Assembly (NCBI GenBank): GCA_002793195.1
Contig: PFPT01000008.1
Location: 17,780 to 81,779 of the forward strand
Direction of reading: 5' to 3'
Origin: Gammaproteobacteria bacterium CG_4_10_14_0_2_um_filter_38_22
GTDB lineage: Bacteria > Pseudomonadota > Gammaproteobacteria > Coxiellales > Coxiellaceae
Length of the DNA: 64,000 nt
Shown here: one piece after another, positions 40,468 through 49,702 of the stretch
Numbering within the stretch: position 1 is the first letter of the stretch
Layout of the letters: each line of letters opens with the position of its first letter
Notes under the pieces: model-generated
The model's database searches: none
What the model was told of the DNA's origin: nothing
Seen by the model: only the letters and a program-made list of their open reading frames with translations
Program-made: the position numbers and the translations under genes

Positions 40468-40860
40468 TTAAGAACCTGCCTGATAACCCGCAGCACTCCA
40501 ACCAATTGCAATTAAGATAATGCCAACCGTAATCGCCAAACCTGAAATAATTAACGTTGTTAAAAAAGAACCTGTATCTCTGTTTGCAGAATCTTCACGC
40601 AGACGATGCATAATCACACCAATACCAACTAACAACATAATGACGCCACCGCCTACCATTGCGTATTTCATACTGGTTTCCATATGAGATCCGATTGTTG
40701 CAACCACATCGCCGTTACCAACATCGATACTTGGAAATGGATCAGCATCACTGCCAAATGCAGTGCTGTTTGTGATTAATAAAATTAAAACACCAATTTT
40801 TGAACGTTGTTTTTTAAAAAATGAAATTATTTTTGATTTCATCTTTCTAATTATTTTCAT
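40468..40860 (-). CDS. ICE membrane protein (TIGR03745-like; pilin-like candidate)
   Basis: 130 aa with a signal-like N-terminus and two C-terminal TM helices, in the canonical position. Confidence 0.5.
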   Translation of the reverse strand: MKIIRKMKSKIISFFKKQRSKIGVLILLITNSTAFGSDADPFPSIDVGNGDVVATIGSHMETSMKYAMVGGGVIMLLVGIGVIMHRLREDSANRDTGSFLTTLIISGLAITVGIILIAIGWSAAGYQAGS

Positions 40861-40969
40861 AATAAAAGCCTCTCATAGTGAGAAATAAAATCGCCGCATA
40901 AAATGCAGCAAGCGTTAAAAATGTTTTAGAAAACCAAATAAAAAACGAAAAATAAAATGAGAGACAAAA

Positions 40970-41206
40970 TCAGGCAGCTACAAAACTAAAGAAGATCATT
41001 AATACAATTGATAAGCTAAACAAATAGAGCATAAATCTCATATGATCCTGTATTTGCCCATTTTCAAGTAATTTAATTAATCCAATGATGATAAATAAAC
41101 TAACAACCGTAATGAGCAAACCTGCACTGAGACGCAATAAAAAATTCAAATGATTAGCATGAATACCGCTACCCATTAAAAAGGCCTCACGTTGTCCGGG
41201 CGTCAT
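40970..41206 (-). CDS. Small ICE membrane protein (TIGR03758-like)
   Basis: 78 aa with two TM helices. It has a 4-nt overlap with the RAQPRD-family gene. Confidence 0.45.
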   Translation of the reverse strand: MTPGQREAFLMGSGIHANHLNFLLRLSAGLLITVVSLFIIIGLIKLLENGQIQDHMRFMLYLFSLSIVLMIFFSFVAA

Positions 41207-41562
41207 GATCCGCTCTCCTCATTTTTATTTTTAATCATTGATTGCGGCTTAGGTAAATCAGGCAAATAGTCTCCTGACAATGACTGCACCATTCGTGGCT
41301 GAATGGATACATGATTGACTGCCTGCGCAATACCAGACTGAATATTTGCGATATCACTTCGTAATTGATCAAATTGAAATTGAACACGTGCATTCGGATT
41401 TTGTTGCGATTGCGCTAAATTAATCAGTGGATTAATTTGATTTAAAACAGCGCTAATTCTTGCAAGCGTTGCGTTCATTTGTGCGGTATCTGCAAATGCG
41501 CTATTACATAATAATAAAATTAAAAAGATACCGCCCAACTTCAACGGATTAATAGATTTCAT
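41203..41562 (-). CDS. RAQPRD-family ICE protein
   Basis: The start at 41562 has a GAGGAG RBS. Signal peptide. '...RVQFQFDQLRSDIANIQSGI......SIQPRMV' matches the layout of the RAQPRD family (here IQPRM). Confidence 0.55.
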   Translation of the reverse strand: MKSINPLKLGGIFLILLLCNSAFADTAQMNATLARISAVLNQINPLINLAQSQQNPNARVQFQFDQLRSDIANIQSGIAQAVNHVSIQPRMVQSLSGDYLPDLPKPQSMIKNKNEESGS

Positions 41563-41821
41563 ACTTCTTCTCCTCTCATGCTCATTATTTTTTACTAAAA
41601 CTAATGTGATTAAAAAATACACACAGGATTTCATCAACAGATTCTGTTAACAAGGCTGTGGAAAACTCATGATCAAACACAGTAGCTCTTGACTCAGCCA
41701 TGAATTTTATTAAATCGTTTAAAAATAACTCACTATTTTTCAATAAATTGACCTGTAAAAAAATGAAACAAATTCCATTTTTTGATAGAATCGACAAATA
41801 CAATATGTGATAGGTACTTCT

Positions 41822-42334
41822 ATGCTAAATAGCCAACAAACTTCACCCAGTGAAGCCAAAAAGTATATTGATGCTATCGATTTTTCGATGATTATCGATA
41901 AAACGGTAAAAACTACCGGCTGGAAGAAAAAAGATGTCCTGAGGATTTGTGAATATTATAAAAACTTTCTGTTTTTAAACAAAAAATATGCCCATGAACG
42001 TGGGCAGTTACCACCATCAGAAGAAATCGATGAGTTCTGGCACAATCACATTTTAGACACTAAAAAATATCACGAAGATTGCAATATCATTTTTGGTTAT
42101 TACTTGCATCACTATCCTTATTTTGGCATGGATGATCAATCCAATGAAAAAGATCTTTCTAATGCATTTGAACACATGCAGCAACTGTATAAAAAAGAGT
42201 TCGGGGATTATATTTATCGTGTTAGAAAATTAAGCCTTCTTGAAATTGCAGCCACATCTGTAGAAATCATAAAAGAATTTTTTAGAAAAAAACTATTTCT
42301 ATTAAAAGAAATTGCAAATGACAGAAAACTTTAA
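41822..42334 (+). CDS. GRDP-like (PF07173/DUF1399-type) His-rich protein
   Basis: 'EEIDEFWHNHILDTKKYHEDC....YLHHYPYFG' matches the GRDP-like core 'D.D..WH.H.L....Y..DC'. The alternative GTG start is at 41807. It overlaps the downstream transporter gene by 23 nt. Confidence 0.55.
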   Translation: MLNSQQTSPSEAKKYIDAIDFSMIIDKTVKTTGWKKKDVLRICEYYKNFLFLNKKYAHERGQLPPSEEIDEFWHNHILDTKKYHEDCNIIFGYYLHHYPYFGMDDQSNEKDLSNAFEHMQQLYKKEFGDYIYRVRKLSLLEIAATSVEIIKEFFRKKLFLLKEIANDRKL

Positions 42335-43751
42335 CCGTAAAAAAACATTACTAATTATTTGCACGACTGAGTTTTTCAGCTGCTTTTCATTTTTTGGCAC
42401 GCTAAGCTTATTGATTCTTTTCCTTATCAGGCATGCAGGAATTCCCGAGAAAATTTCTTACAGTATTTTTGGAAATTTTGCATCGTTATCTTGTGTTTCT
42501 GCCCTAATTGGTGGATTTATAGGTGGTCGTTACTTAACCTTTCGCTTTTCATCTATATTGGGATTAACTGCATATGCATTAGGTTATTTTATTTTAGCGA
42601 TAGATCAAAAAATTATTTTCATTGATGCTGGTTTAACATTAGTTGCATGTGGCGCGGGATTATTTGAACCAAACATCAGAACATTGCTTGGAATTCACTA
42701 TAATCAATGCGGATCAGAAGAAAGAAATTCTGGCTTTATTTTATTACATATTTTTAACATATGCGGACAAATCTTTGGTCCTATTACATTAACTTTTTTG
42801 AATCGTGTTTATCCATCCTTAATGTTTATAACATCAGGGATTGCCTGTGTATTAGGTGGCATCATATTTCTAAATAACTACCAAAATATCTTCAAATTAC
42901 TAGAGAACGAACATATAAAAAAACCAATTGATACTTGCAAAGGATTATCAATTGTAATCCTGCTACTTGCACTGATATTTTTTATTCTCTATCAAAGGGA
43001 TGTGAAATATATTCTTGAAGCTATTTTTACTGGGGTTTTTGTCATTCTTATTATAGCTCTACCACGAATGGAATATTTAACACGTGTTAAAATTATTACA
43101 ATCTGTTTAATTCTGACTGGGTTAGTAGCTGCAGAAATTTGTTTTCGGCAAGCTTTCGGTACAATCAATCTATTTACGTCAACTCATGTTAACAGAACTT
43201 TATTTCATGTCATGATTCCGACAGGTGTTTTTCAATCATTGGAGCCATCATTCGTTCTAATTTTATTTATATGGGTTTTAAAGCTTCGCAAAAAATTGGA
43301 AAAAAATGGGCACGGCTTGTCTTCTGGCGGTTCCATATCATTGGGTTTATTAAGCTTAAGTATCGCTTTTTGTTTTTTAATATACGGAATCTTTCTAACC
43401 ACCCAAAAAATGGCGCTTATTTGGTTAGTATTATTTTATGCTGTTATGGCTTTCGCTGAGTTATTTACCATACCTATCGCAACAGCAACCACAGCAGCTT
43501 TATCACCAAAAAATTTGCGTGGTCCAATGATGGGTATTTTCTTTTTATCTGCAGGATTGAGCTCATATTTAAGTGGTCATATTGGGGAATATATCAGTCC
43601 ACACGCTGGCAATCCCAGTCTAAGTGTTTACAAAAATTTGTTTTTAACGCTGGCTGCATTTTCTGCAATCAGCTGCGTCTGTTTGTATTTTGTTTGGAAA
43701 TACTGGAAGAAGAAAAATGATTTAATACTATCAGAAGAAACAAAAAATTGA
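42312..43751 (+). CDS. POT/PTR2-like MFS transporter with a degenerate ExxERFxYY motif
   Basis: 479 aa with ~12-14 TM helices. N-terminal 'TTEFFSCFSFFG' aligns with the POT signature 'E..ERF.YYG', but the second Glu and the Arg are replaced. Confidence 0.6.
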   Translation: MQMTENFNRKKTLLIICTTEFFSCFSFFGTLSLLILFLIRHAGIPEKISYSIFGNFASLSCVSALIGGFIGGRYLTFRFSSILGLTAYALGYFILAIDQKIIFIDAGLTLVACGAGLFEPNIRTLLGIHYNQCGSEERNSGFILLHIFNICGQIFGPITLTFLNRVYPSLMFITSGIACVLGGIIFLNNYQNIFKLLENEHIKKPIDTCKGLSIVILLLALIFFILYQRDVKYILEAIFTGVFVILIIALPRMEYLTRVKIITICLILTGLVAAEICFRQAFGTINLFTSTHVNRTLFHVMIPTGVFQSLEPSFVLILFIWVLKLRKKLEKNGHGLSSGGSISLGLLSLSIAFCFLIYGIFLTTQKMALIWLVLFYAVMAFAELFTIPIATATTAALSPKNLRGPMMGIFFLSAGLSSYLSGHIGEYISPHAGNPSLSVYKNLFLTLAAFSAISCVCLYFVWKYWKKKNDLILSEETKN

Positions 43752-43833
43752 CAAGAAACGATATGTAAAGAAAAAACCCGCAGAACACATAATCCTCATT
43801 CGAAGAAATGCAGAATACGGGATTTTGAGCATA

Positions 43834-43911
43834 TTAGTTTGTAAAAGGAACACATGCGGCTGCTTTAGCAGTCTTAAACCGATTTTTAATAGATTTGATC
43901 AAGGTCTTCAT
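43834..43911 (-). CDS. Mini-ORF P1, 25 aa (MKTLIKSIKNRFKTAKAAACVPFTN)
   Basis: AGGAGAG RBS 5 nt upstream of the ATG. It is a paralogue of mini-ORF P2, 190 nt upstream on the same strand. It is absent from the ORF track because it is short. Confidence 0.45.
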   Translation of the reverse strand: MKTLIKSIKNRFKTAKAAACVPFTN

Positions 43912-43950
43912 AAGTCTCTCCTAATTTGAATGATGACAGTATAATGAACG

Positions 43951-44029
43951 TTTGATGTTATAACATATGTCAATTCTACAATACAAATAATCTTATTATA
44001 TGATGTACATTATGTACTATAACATCAAA
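43951..44029. promoter_or_regulatory. 12-bp perfect inverted repeat between the two mini-ORFs
   Basis: TTTGATGTTATA (43951-43962) and TATAACATCAAA (44018-44029). The intervening sequence contains the palindrome ATGTACAT and a TTGACA on the minus strand. Confidence 0.35.
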
Positions 44030-44098
44030 ATTATTATGTGTTTTTTGTGATACTGGCGGAAGAAACACGCAAAAAAAATTATTAGAAAAATATAATAA

Positions 44099-44170
44099 TT
44101 AAACAGCCAAACAATGCGCAGCAGAAGCTTTTTTAAATTTATTTTTTAACATCAATTTTAATTTTTTCAT
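44099..44170 (-). CDS. Mini-ORF P2, 23 aa (MKKLKLMLKNKFKKASAAHCLAV)
   Basis: 11 of 23 aligned residues are identical to P1 (MK.L....KN.FK.A.AA.C). The shared Ala/Cys codons differ at synonymous positions. The RBS is weak (AGAGA). Confidence 0.4.
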   Translation of the reverse strand: MKKLKLMLKNKFKKASAAHCLAV

Positions 44171-44186
44171 GATATCTCTATCTTCT

Positions 44187-44200
44187 GTGAAAATTTTCAC
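44187..44200. promoter_or_regulatory. Perfect 14-bp palindrome GTGAAAATTTTCAC between the GNAT stop and mini-ORF P2
   Basis: Read directly from the sequence. It lies 6 nt after the GNAT stop codon and 17 nt before the P2 start. Confidence 0.3.
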
Positions 44201-44205
44201 TACTA

Positions 44206-44760
44206 TTAAGGCAGTAACCTTGCAATATAGTGCTCATCAAAATACTTTCCGTTGATGTACAACGCTTTTTTACGAATGCCTTCCACTTCATAGCCTAACG
44301 TTTTATATAAATGCAATGCCCTGTCATTTTCAATATGTACTTCTGATTCTATACGTTTGAAGTTAGCTGAAATCGCAAATTTTTCAAGCAGTTCAAGCAT
44401 TCGATGACCCAAACCATGACCCCAATTAATTTGTCGAATCATTAATCCAAATCTACCAATATGACGCAGCCATGGATGTCCTTCTCGTATTGCGTGAAAA
44501 ACTAAAAGCCCATGCATTTCTCCAGATTCTAAAAATGCTCCTAACTCAAGCATTCTTGGATTTGCTTCCGACAACACCAATCGTTTTTCTATTGAATCTG
44601 CAGTATCTATATTAAAACCACCTAATTTGGTAAAACTGGTTTCCGCTGCAATTGTTTTTTCAAAATCAGGAAAAACAGCGGCATCTTTTGGTGTGCAATG
44701 CCTTAAAAAAATAGCTTTACCATTCTTGGGTTTAAAGATTTCCATATCAATTTTTGCCAT
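44206..44760 (-). CDS. GNAT-family N-acetyltransferase (RimJ/RimL-like)
   Basis: 184 aa. The acetyl-CoA binding region is 'QINWGHGLGHRMLE' (Q/R-x-x-G-x-G/A) with the 'ENDRALHLYKTLGYEVEG' motif. Confidence 0.85.
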   Translation of the reverse strand: MAKIDMEIFKPKNGKAIFLRHCTPKDAAVFPDFEKTIAAETSFTKLGGFNIDTADSIEKRLVLSEANPRMLELGAFLESGEMHGLLVFHAIREGHPWLRHIGRFGLMIRQINWGHGLGHRMLELLEKFAISANFKRIESEVHIENDRALHLYKTLGYEVEGIRKKALYINGKYFDEHYIARLLP

Positions 44761-44814
44761 TATTACTCCTTAATAATTCATTCAAATTCCTTATGCTAGT
44801 TTATCACAACAACT

Positions 44815-45492
44815 CTAAAAATATTTTTTGAACGACTTTGCCGTTACCTGAATCGCAAGTGCAAACAATATGGCAGAGATCACCAGTATCCATTCATTCA
44901 CACGTAATGAAACTGGCAATACTAAATCAGCAAAAACACTGAAAATTAAGCTCAACATGATTAAAGGTTTCATATTATGGTAGATCAACGCACTTTCTCG
45001 ACCCGCTGAAAAACGGCGAATTTTTCGTAGCATTAATCCATCTATTAATCCTGCAAATCCAAGCAGCAAAAACAAGTAACACCAATGCGCAAATAAATAT
45101 AACCGCACTACCAATAATTTTGCTGCAAGCAATACAGCAGCAATCATTAAATTTACATGCGATAAAATCGTATATTCATATTGTGTCTTTGATAATAGTA
45201 ATAGAGGATTTTTCAATATGATTTTATTTGGAAAAACAGCCATCCAATGATTAACAATCAATAACGCATTAGGTGTTATTAGCGTCGACAGAGTTTGATA
45301 GCTTTCTTCTAATAATTTCTGAAATGTTACAAAACCTGATATTCCATGTAACGTCACAAGAATAACCGCTATCAGAACACATCCAAAACACCCTGCGACT
45401 ATCCAAATAAAAAAACGTATGAATAACCAAATCCATAAATCAAGCAATGTTGGTGATTTTTGCGTTTTATGTGCCTTTTCTGCTTTTTTCAT
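44815..45492 (-). CDS. ICE membrane protein (TIGR03747-like)
   Basis: 225 aa and polytopic, directly downstream of traD as in PFGI-1-type ICEs. Confidence 0.5.
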   Translation of the reverse strand: MKKAEKAHKTQKSPTLLDLWIWLFIRFFIWIVAGCFGCVLIAVILVTLHGISGFVTFQKLLEESYQTLSTLITPNALLIVNHWMAVFPNKIILKNPLLLLSKTQYEYTILSHVNLMIAAVLLAAKLLVVRLYLFAHWCYLFLLLGFAGLIDGLMLRKIRRFSAGRESALIYHNMKPLIMLSLIFSVFADLVLPVSLRVNEWILVISAILFALAIQVTAKSFKKYF

Positions 45493-45503
45493 ATTTGACC
45501 ACC

Positions 45504-47546
45504 CTACACAGTACGCAATTCCTCAACCATTTTTTCAACACTTTCAGACATCAAAGCCATATCATTTTTAGGTAATGGAAAACGCACCTTGTACAACTGA
45601 CCGCCATCAAGCAAACAAAATGCCTGCCCTTTTGGCAACTGCATCAAATCATCTGATGAAATTAGCGGCACTTCTGTTACGGTAATGCGATCTTCTGTAT
45701 GACTTGAAAAATGAGTAGATTCCGTTAGTGTCGCTGCATCATTTGCAGAGGATACTTGAATAACATCTCGCACCTGCACACGTTGCGGTAACTTATCAGT
45801 TAATAATCTTGCCGTACTTTCTTCCAGGACACGAAGACAAATTAAATTATTAAAATTACCAAAAACCTGATTAGCTTTTGCCTGACTTCCCAGTCGCGCT
45901 AACACATCTGAACCTGTTTGTGTTGCAACAGTAAGCTGAAGACCTGCGCCACCACCTTTATTTGCAAGCGGAATAAACTCATCACCGACCAATTCATTAA
46001 ATTCATCGCTATACAGATTAATTTTATTAAATGTTTTTTTACTTAACGAATCAGCAATACCATCCTGAATGCCAAATTTATAAATCTGACCCACTGTTGA
46101 GCACAAATCAGCAAACATACTATTACCAACGGCAGAACTGACTGTGCTATCTGATAAAGCATCCAATCCGACATAAACAATTTTTTTGCCGCGAATAACT
46201 TGCAGCCAATCAAAAATCAAACGTTCATCATCAAAATCAAAATAGTTCGGTGAAATAAGCTCCGCAATTCTCCCACTTGTTAGCTTTGAAAATAATGGCG
46301 ATAGTGAAGCAGTTATTTTTTGAAAATACGTTTGATCGTAATTAAAAATTGCTTTTAATCCATCATAAACTGGATTATTGATATTTAATTTATCCATATA
46401 ATTGACGAGCGCAATCATAAAAGGTTTTCGTGATTTCAAATGCATCGGCAAATTTTTAACATCAATCATTTTTGCATCGATTTCTACAATCTGCTGCCAT
46501 TCCGGATTGATATCTATTAAACATTTAGCACAGAATTCCAACATTAATGAATCAATATTTAAAATATATTTATCCATGTCCTTATAATTTGGTTTTTTAC
46601 CCAATGCCTCTAACGCATTAGCGATGATATTAACAAAACGCCATGCAAACTCTTTAAAAGCAGCCGATTCACCACTGCTTGGCAGTTGATTTGCCACCCG
46701 ATTGGCTACTTCAGTAATGCGTGAAAAATTACCGATGGGATTATAACGCGCGGAATGTGATGGATAGCCCAAATGAAAAACAATCACATCAGAAGCACGA
46801 TTAGATTTTTTTGCTTCAAAACAAACGCGTTTTAATAAATCCATATCTCCCTTGGGATCGAATACAATCACAGCAGAATCATTACGTCGTATATCACTAG
46901 CAATCATCAGTTCTAATAATCGTGTTTTACCTACCCTGGTCGTTCCTAAAATCATCGTGTGACCGACACGCTCTGAAAGCGACAAAAAGATATTTTTTTC
47001 ATTGAGTTCAATACCATGTATGGCTGGATTACCACCAACAGGAGGCAATGGACGAACAGAATTCCATCGGCTTTGGCTCGATAAAAAATTAATTAATGGT
47101 TTTAATTTAAATGAGTGCTCATATTTCAATTCAAATTGTCTTGCGCGCTGATACCATTTTCCTGGTTTCAAATAATTTTCATATGTACTTTGCTTTAAAT
47201 CCCGCAATCGTTGCGTATGTTTCGCTTCCCATTTAAATCCTTTTCCCAAAAAAAGTTTGTGCTGACTAATTGGCAGCTCATCAGAACTTGCCGCATAAAA
47301 TGACAATCGTTTCAAATTATTTTGATAACTAATAACTCGATATCCTTGAAAAAATCTCACCACTCCAAGAAAAAAAAGCCCTATTGCAATAAAAGCAGTT
47401 ATTTGTGTACTCAATAAAAAAATAGATGATTGCATATAAATAAATATCGATACAATTAAACAAATCAAACTTGACCACCATTCAACCGGCGGGCGCAGCA
47501 AACTTTCTAATGGATATTTTTTCATACAATTATTATTACTGCTCAA
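45504..47546 (-). CDS. traD: Conjugative coupling protein TraD (PFGI-1 class, VirD4-like)
   Basis: 680 aa: two N-terminal TM helices, Walker A 'LGTTRVGKTRL', and Walker B-like 'AVIVFDPKGD'. Confidence 0.85.
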   Translation of the reverse strand: MSSNNNCMKKYPLESLLRPPVEWWSSLICLIVSIFIYMQSSIFLLSTQITAFIAIGLFFLGVVRFFQGYRVISYQNNLKRLSFYAASSDELPISQHKLFLGKGFKWEAKHTQRLRDLKQSTYENYLKPGKWYQRARQFELKYEHSFKLKPLINFLSSQSRWNSVRPLPPVGGNPAIHGIELNEKNIFLSLSERVGHTMILGTTRVGKTRLLELMIASDIRRNDSAVIVFDPKGDMDLLKRVCFEAKKSNRASDVIVFHLGYPSHSARYNPIGNFSRITEVANRVANQLPSSGESAAFKEFAWRFVNIIANALEALGKKPNYKDMDKYILNIDSLMLEFCAKCLIDINPEWQQIVEIDAKMIDVKNLPMHLKSRKPFMIALVNYMDKLNINNPVYDGLKAIFNYDQTYFQKITASLSPLFSKLTSGRIAELISPNYFDFDDERLIFDWLQVIRGKKIVYVGLDALSDSTVSSAVGNSMFADLCSTVGQIYKFGIQDGIADSLSKKTFNKINLYSDEFNELVGDEFIPLANKGGGAGLQLTVATQTGSDVLARLGSQAKANQVFGNFNNLICLRVLEESTARLLTDKLPQRVQVRDVIQVSSANDAATLTESTHFSSHTEDRITVTEVPLISSDDLMQLPKGQAFCLLDGGQLYKVRFPLPKNDMALMSESVEKMVEELRTV

Positions 47547-48153
47547 TCAATTTATCGGATATCAAGACTGGGTAATGCGTTATATGCAAAGCAGTTGCAA
47601 TAGAATTTGCTGGCACTGCTAATAATGGCAAGTTTGGAAATGCATTTTTCAGTTCTGAAAAATCTTGCTGAGATGATATGTTAACAACAAATCCAGTAGC
47701 ATTTAATTTTTGCAGCCTTTTTGCATAACGATTCAACCACTGCATCGAGAGATCATCACAACCAACAATGAAAAATGGATGAGGCAGTACAATATTAATA
47801 TGATTTTCATATACTTTTCCTGGCGTTAACAAATTTGACTGTATTGGAAATACTGGAATTAAAATTGCTGTCTTAGGTTTAGCAAAATTAATTTCATCTT
47901 CTAATTGCGGTGTTAAATTTTCATTCATTGCATTCACTGTTTCATGCGAATCAGTTTTCATTTTCTGAAATGAAGCTACTTTTTCAGGATTACTTTGCAA
48001 ATAATCAATAATAAGGCGCGTTGCATGAGTTGAATGAACGACAAAGCTTAAGTTCTGTGCTTGAGCTTTTTCGGCTAAAAATATGAGAAAAATTGCCGAA
48101 ATCAAAGGTAAAAATTGTCGTTTTAGATGATAACTATATTTTGTGGAACTCAT
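47536..48153 (-). CDS. ICE periplasmic protein (TIGR03765/PFL_4695-like)
   Basis: 205 aa with a signal peptide. It overlaps the traD start and is in the canonical position. Confidence 0.45.
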   Translation of the reverse strand: MSSTKYSYHLKRQFLPLISAIFLIFLAEKAQAQNLSFVVHSTHATRLIIDYLQSNPEKVASFQKMKTDSHETVNAMNENLTPQLEDEINFAKPKTAILIPVFPIQSNLLTPGKVYENHINIVLPHPFFIVGCDDLSMQWLNRYAKRLQKLNATGFVVNISSQQDFSELKNAFPNLPLLAVPANSIATALHITHYPVLISDKLIEQ

Positions 48154-48177
48154 GCAACGCTAACTCGGTTTTAAATA

Positions 48178-48870
48178 TTAATGAATCATCAGTTGTTCAT
48201 AGGGTGATAAATCAAGCCACAGATTGTTTGGATAATAAGCAACCATCACCGTTCCGCCTTGAATTTTTGATATGATTTGAGGTGCTAGTTTTTGATTCAA
48301 TCCAAAACATCCATAAGTATTACCCACGCGATTATATTTTTTAGCAAAATGATGCGAGACATACCAAGCAGGATGCACAACAATATCGCGACGATAAGCA
48401 TTGCTATTAAATCCTGCGTCTAAGCCATGAACTCGCATCGATTGACCCGCAATGCCATAATATATTTGCCCAGTAAGATAAACACCGATGCTGCTTTCAT
48501 GACTATCAAACTGATTTGAAAAACGCTTTGCAGCGTTAAGGCCTGTATTTTTTCCTTGAGCCACGTAAGTAAAATATTTTGTATCTCCATTTTTGATATT
48601 AAAAACCCACAAACGTCGCTTATTGGAAGGTCTATTAAAGTCAACAATTGTAAGCAACCGACGATTATCTGCTCCCATAGAGCGCAAATGATCATAGGCA
48701 CGCAAACCCGCAAATAAAACTTCTGATCTTAGTTGCGGATTATGCTTTTCAATTTTTTGAATGACAGGCACGCGCATCATTAAATTTTTATTACTTTCTG
48801 ATGCAAATGCATTTTGATAAATAAAAATTACAGTGGTTAATATCACTGCTATCAATAAACGATTCTGCAT
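48178..48870 (-). CDS. YkuD_2-type L,D-transpeptidase catalytic-domain protein
   Basis: Signal peptide. 'LLTIVDFNRPSNKRRLWVFN', 'FSNQFDSHESSIGVY', 'VVHPAWYVS' and 'GNTYGCFGL' match the His/Cys catalytic layout of the murein L,D-transpeptidase family. Confidence 0.8.
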   Translation of the reverse strand: MQNRLLIAVILTTVIFIYQNAFASESNKNLMMRVPVIQKIEKHNPQLRSEVLFAGLRAYDHLRSMGADNRRLLTIVDFNRPSNKRRLWVFNIKNGDTKYFTYVAQGKNTGLNAAKRFSNQFDSHESSIGVYLTGQIYYGIAGQSMRVHGLDAGFNSNAYRRDIVVHPAWYVSHHFAKKYNRVGNTYGCFGLNQKLAPQIISKIQGGTVMVAYYPNNLWLDLSPYEQLMIH

Positions 48871-48913
48871 GACAAAACCTCTTACAATTTATCTCAATAT
48901 AATTTTTAAGGTG

Positions 48914-49702
48914 TTATAAAACAGATGACAAAGTTATCGGCTGGAAACGATTGTTATGCACAATTCCAACAAAAGGTAAATTCACTGGCTTTCCCTTTGT
49001 TAACGACGAAAATCGATCATTGCCAAAGTTTAACGTGATTTGCTTATTAACAAGCTGATGCGGAATAGACATATCTGCAGCCCATTGTTCAATATTTTTT
49101 TTAGTTACATTTTTACCAACAAAATAAATATCCAATACTGTGTTTGGAGTAGATTGAATATTTTTCAATAAATTTTTATATGCAAAACTTCCAAGCGGTG
49201 TATTCACACCTAAAAATAACCATACCCTATCACCTGCTTTTAAAATGTCACTTTGATTCGCTTGATTTAACGGCATAATCGGTTTTTCATCAGGATACAA
49301 ATTCCTATAAGCTTGAGAATATATTTTATTAAATAGTAATTCTTGCGTGACGCGCGAATGCATATTACGTGCTTGAACTTCAGCATATTGCATCATTTTT
49401 TCAGGATTAGTTGTATTGAGTGCCAACACCTCTGGCGGATCAAGATTTTTATACCAATTACCGCTAGGGCTGTTTTTCATCAACCAAAGATAATGTTGAA
49501 AATTATTTGTTGTTAATCCCCACATCTTGGCATTACTTTCTAGTGCATTACTTTGATCCGATGAAGATTTAATAATTGTGTTTTGAGTTAGTTTAGGATC
49601 AATCGACTGTAATTGATCCGCTAAAACTGATGTGCAAAATGCATTAAACGCTAAAAATGATATGTAAAATAATTTTTTTGAGCTGCTGTTTTTATTTTTC
49701 AT
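48914..49702 (-). CDS. ICE periplasmic protein (TIGR03759/PFL_4693-like)
   Basis: Signal peptide. 'WGLTTNNFQHYLWLM......W...LDPPEVLAL......YAEVQAR......EL.F...Y..AYRNLYP' resembles the family pattern as I recall it. Confidence 0.55.
   Translation of the reverse strand: MKNKNSSSKKLFYISFLAFNAFCTSVLADQLQSIDPKLTQNTIIKSSSDQSNALESNAKMWGLTTNNFQHYLWLMKNSPSGNWYKNLDPPEVLALNTTNPEKMMQYAEVQARNMHSRVTQELLFNKIYSQAYRNLYPDEKPIMPLNQANQSDILKAGDRVWLFLGVNTPLGSFAYKNLLKNIQSTPNTVLDIYFVGKNVTKKNIEQWAADMSIPHQLVNKQITLNFGNDRFSSLTKGKPVNLPFVGIVHNNRFQPITLSSVL

Noticed and set aside
41585-41803. 72-aa minus-strand ORF in the RAQPRD/GRDP-like divergent intergenic region.
   Set aside because: It overlaps the better-supported RAQPRD start region (ATG 41562 with a GAGGAG RBS). 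It has no RBS and I recognise no family.
41763-41810. 15-aa upstream ORF (MKQIPFFDRIDKYNM) ending in ATGTGA, overlapping the GTG start of the GRDP-like ORF.
   Set aside because: It has no RBS. The best promoter-like element (extended -10 TGATAGAAT at 41783-41791) lies inside it, so it would probably not be on the transcript.
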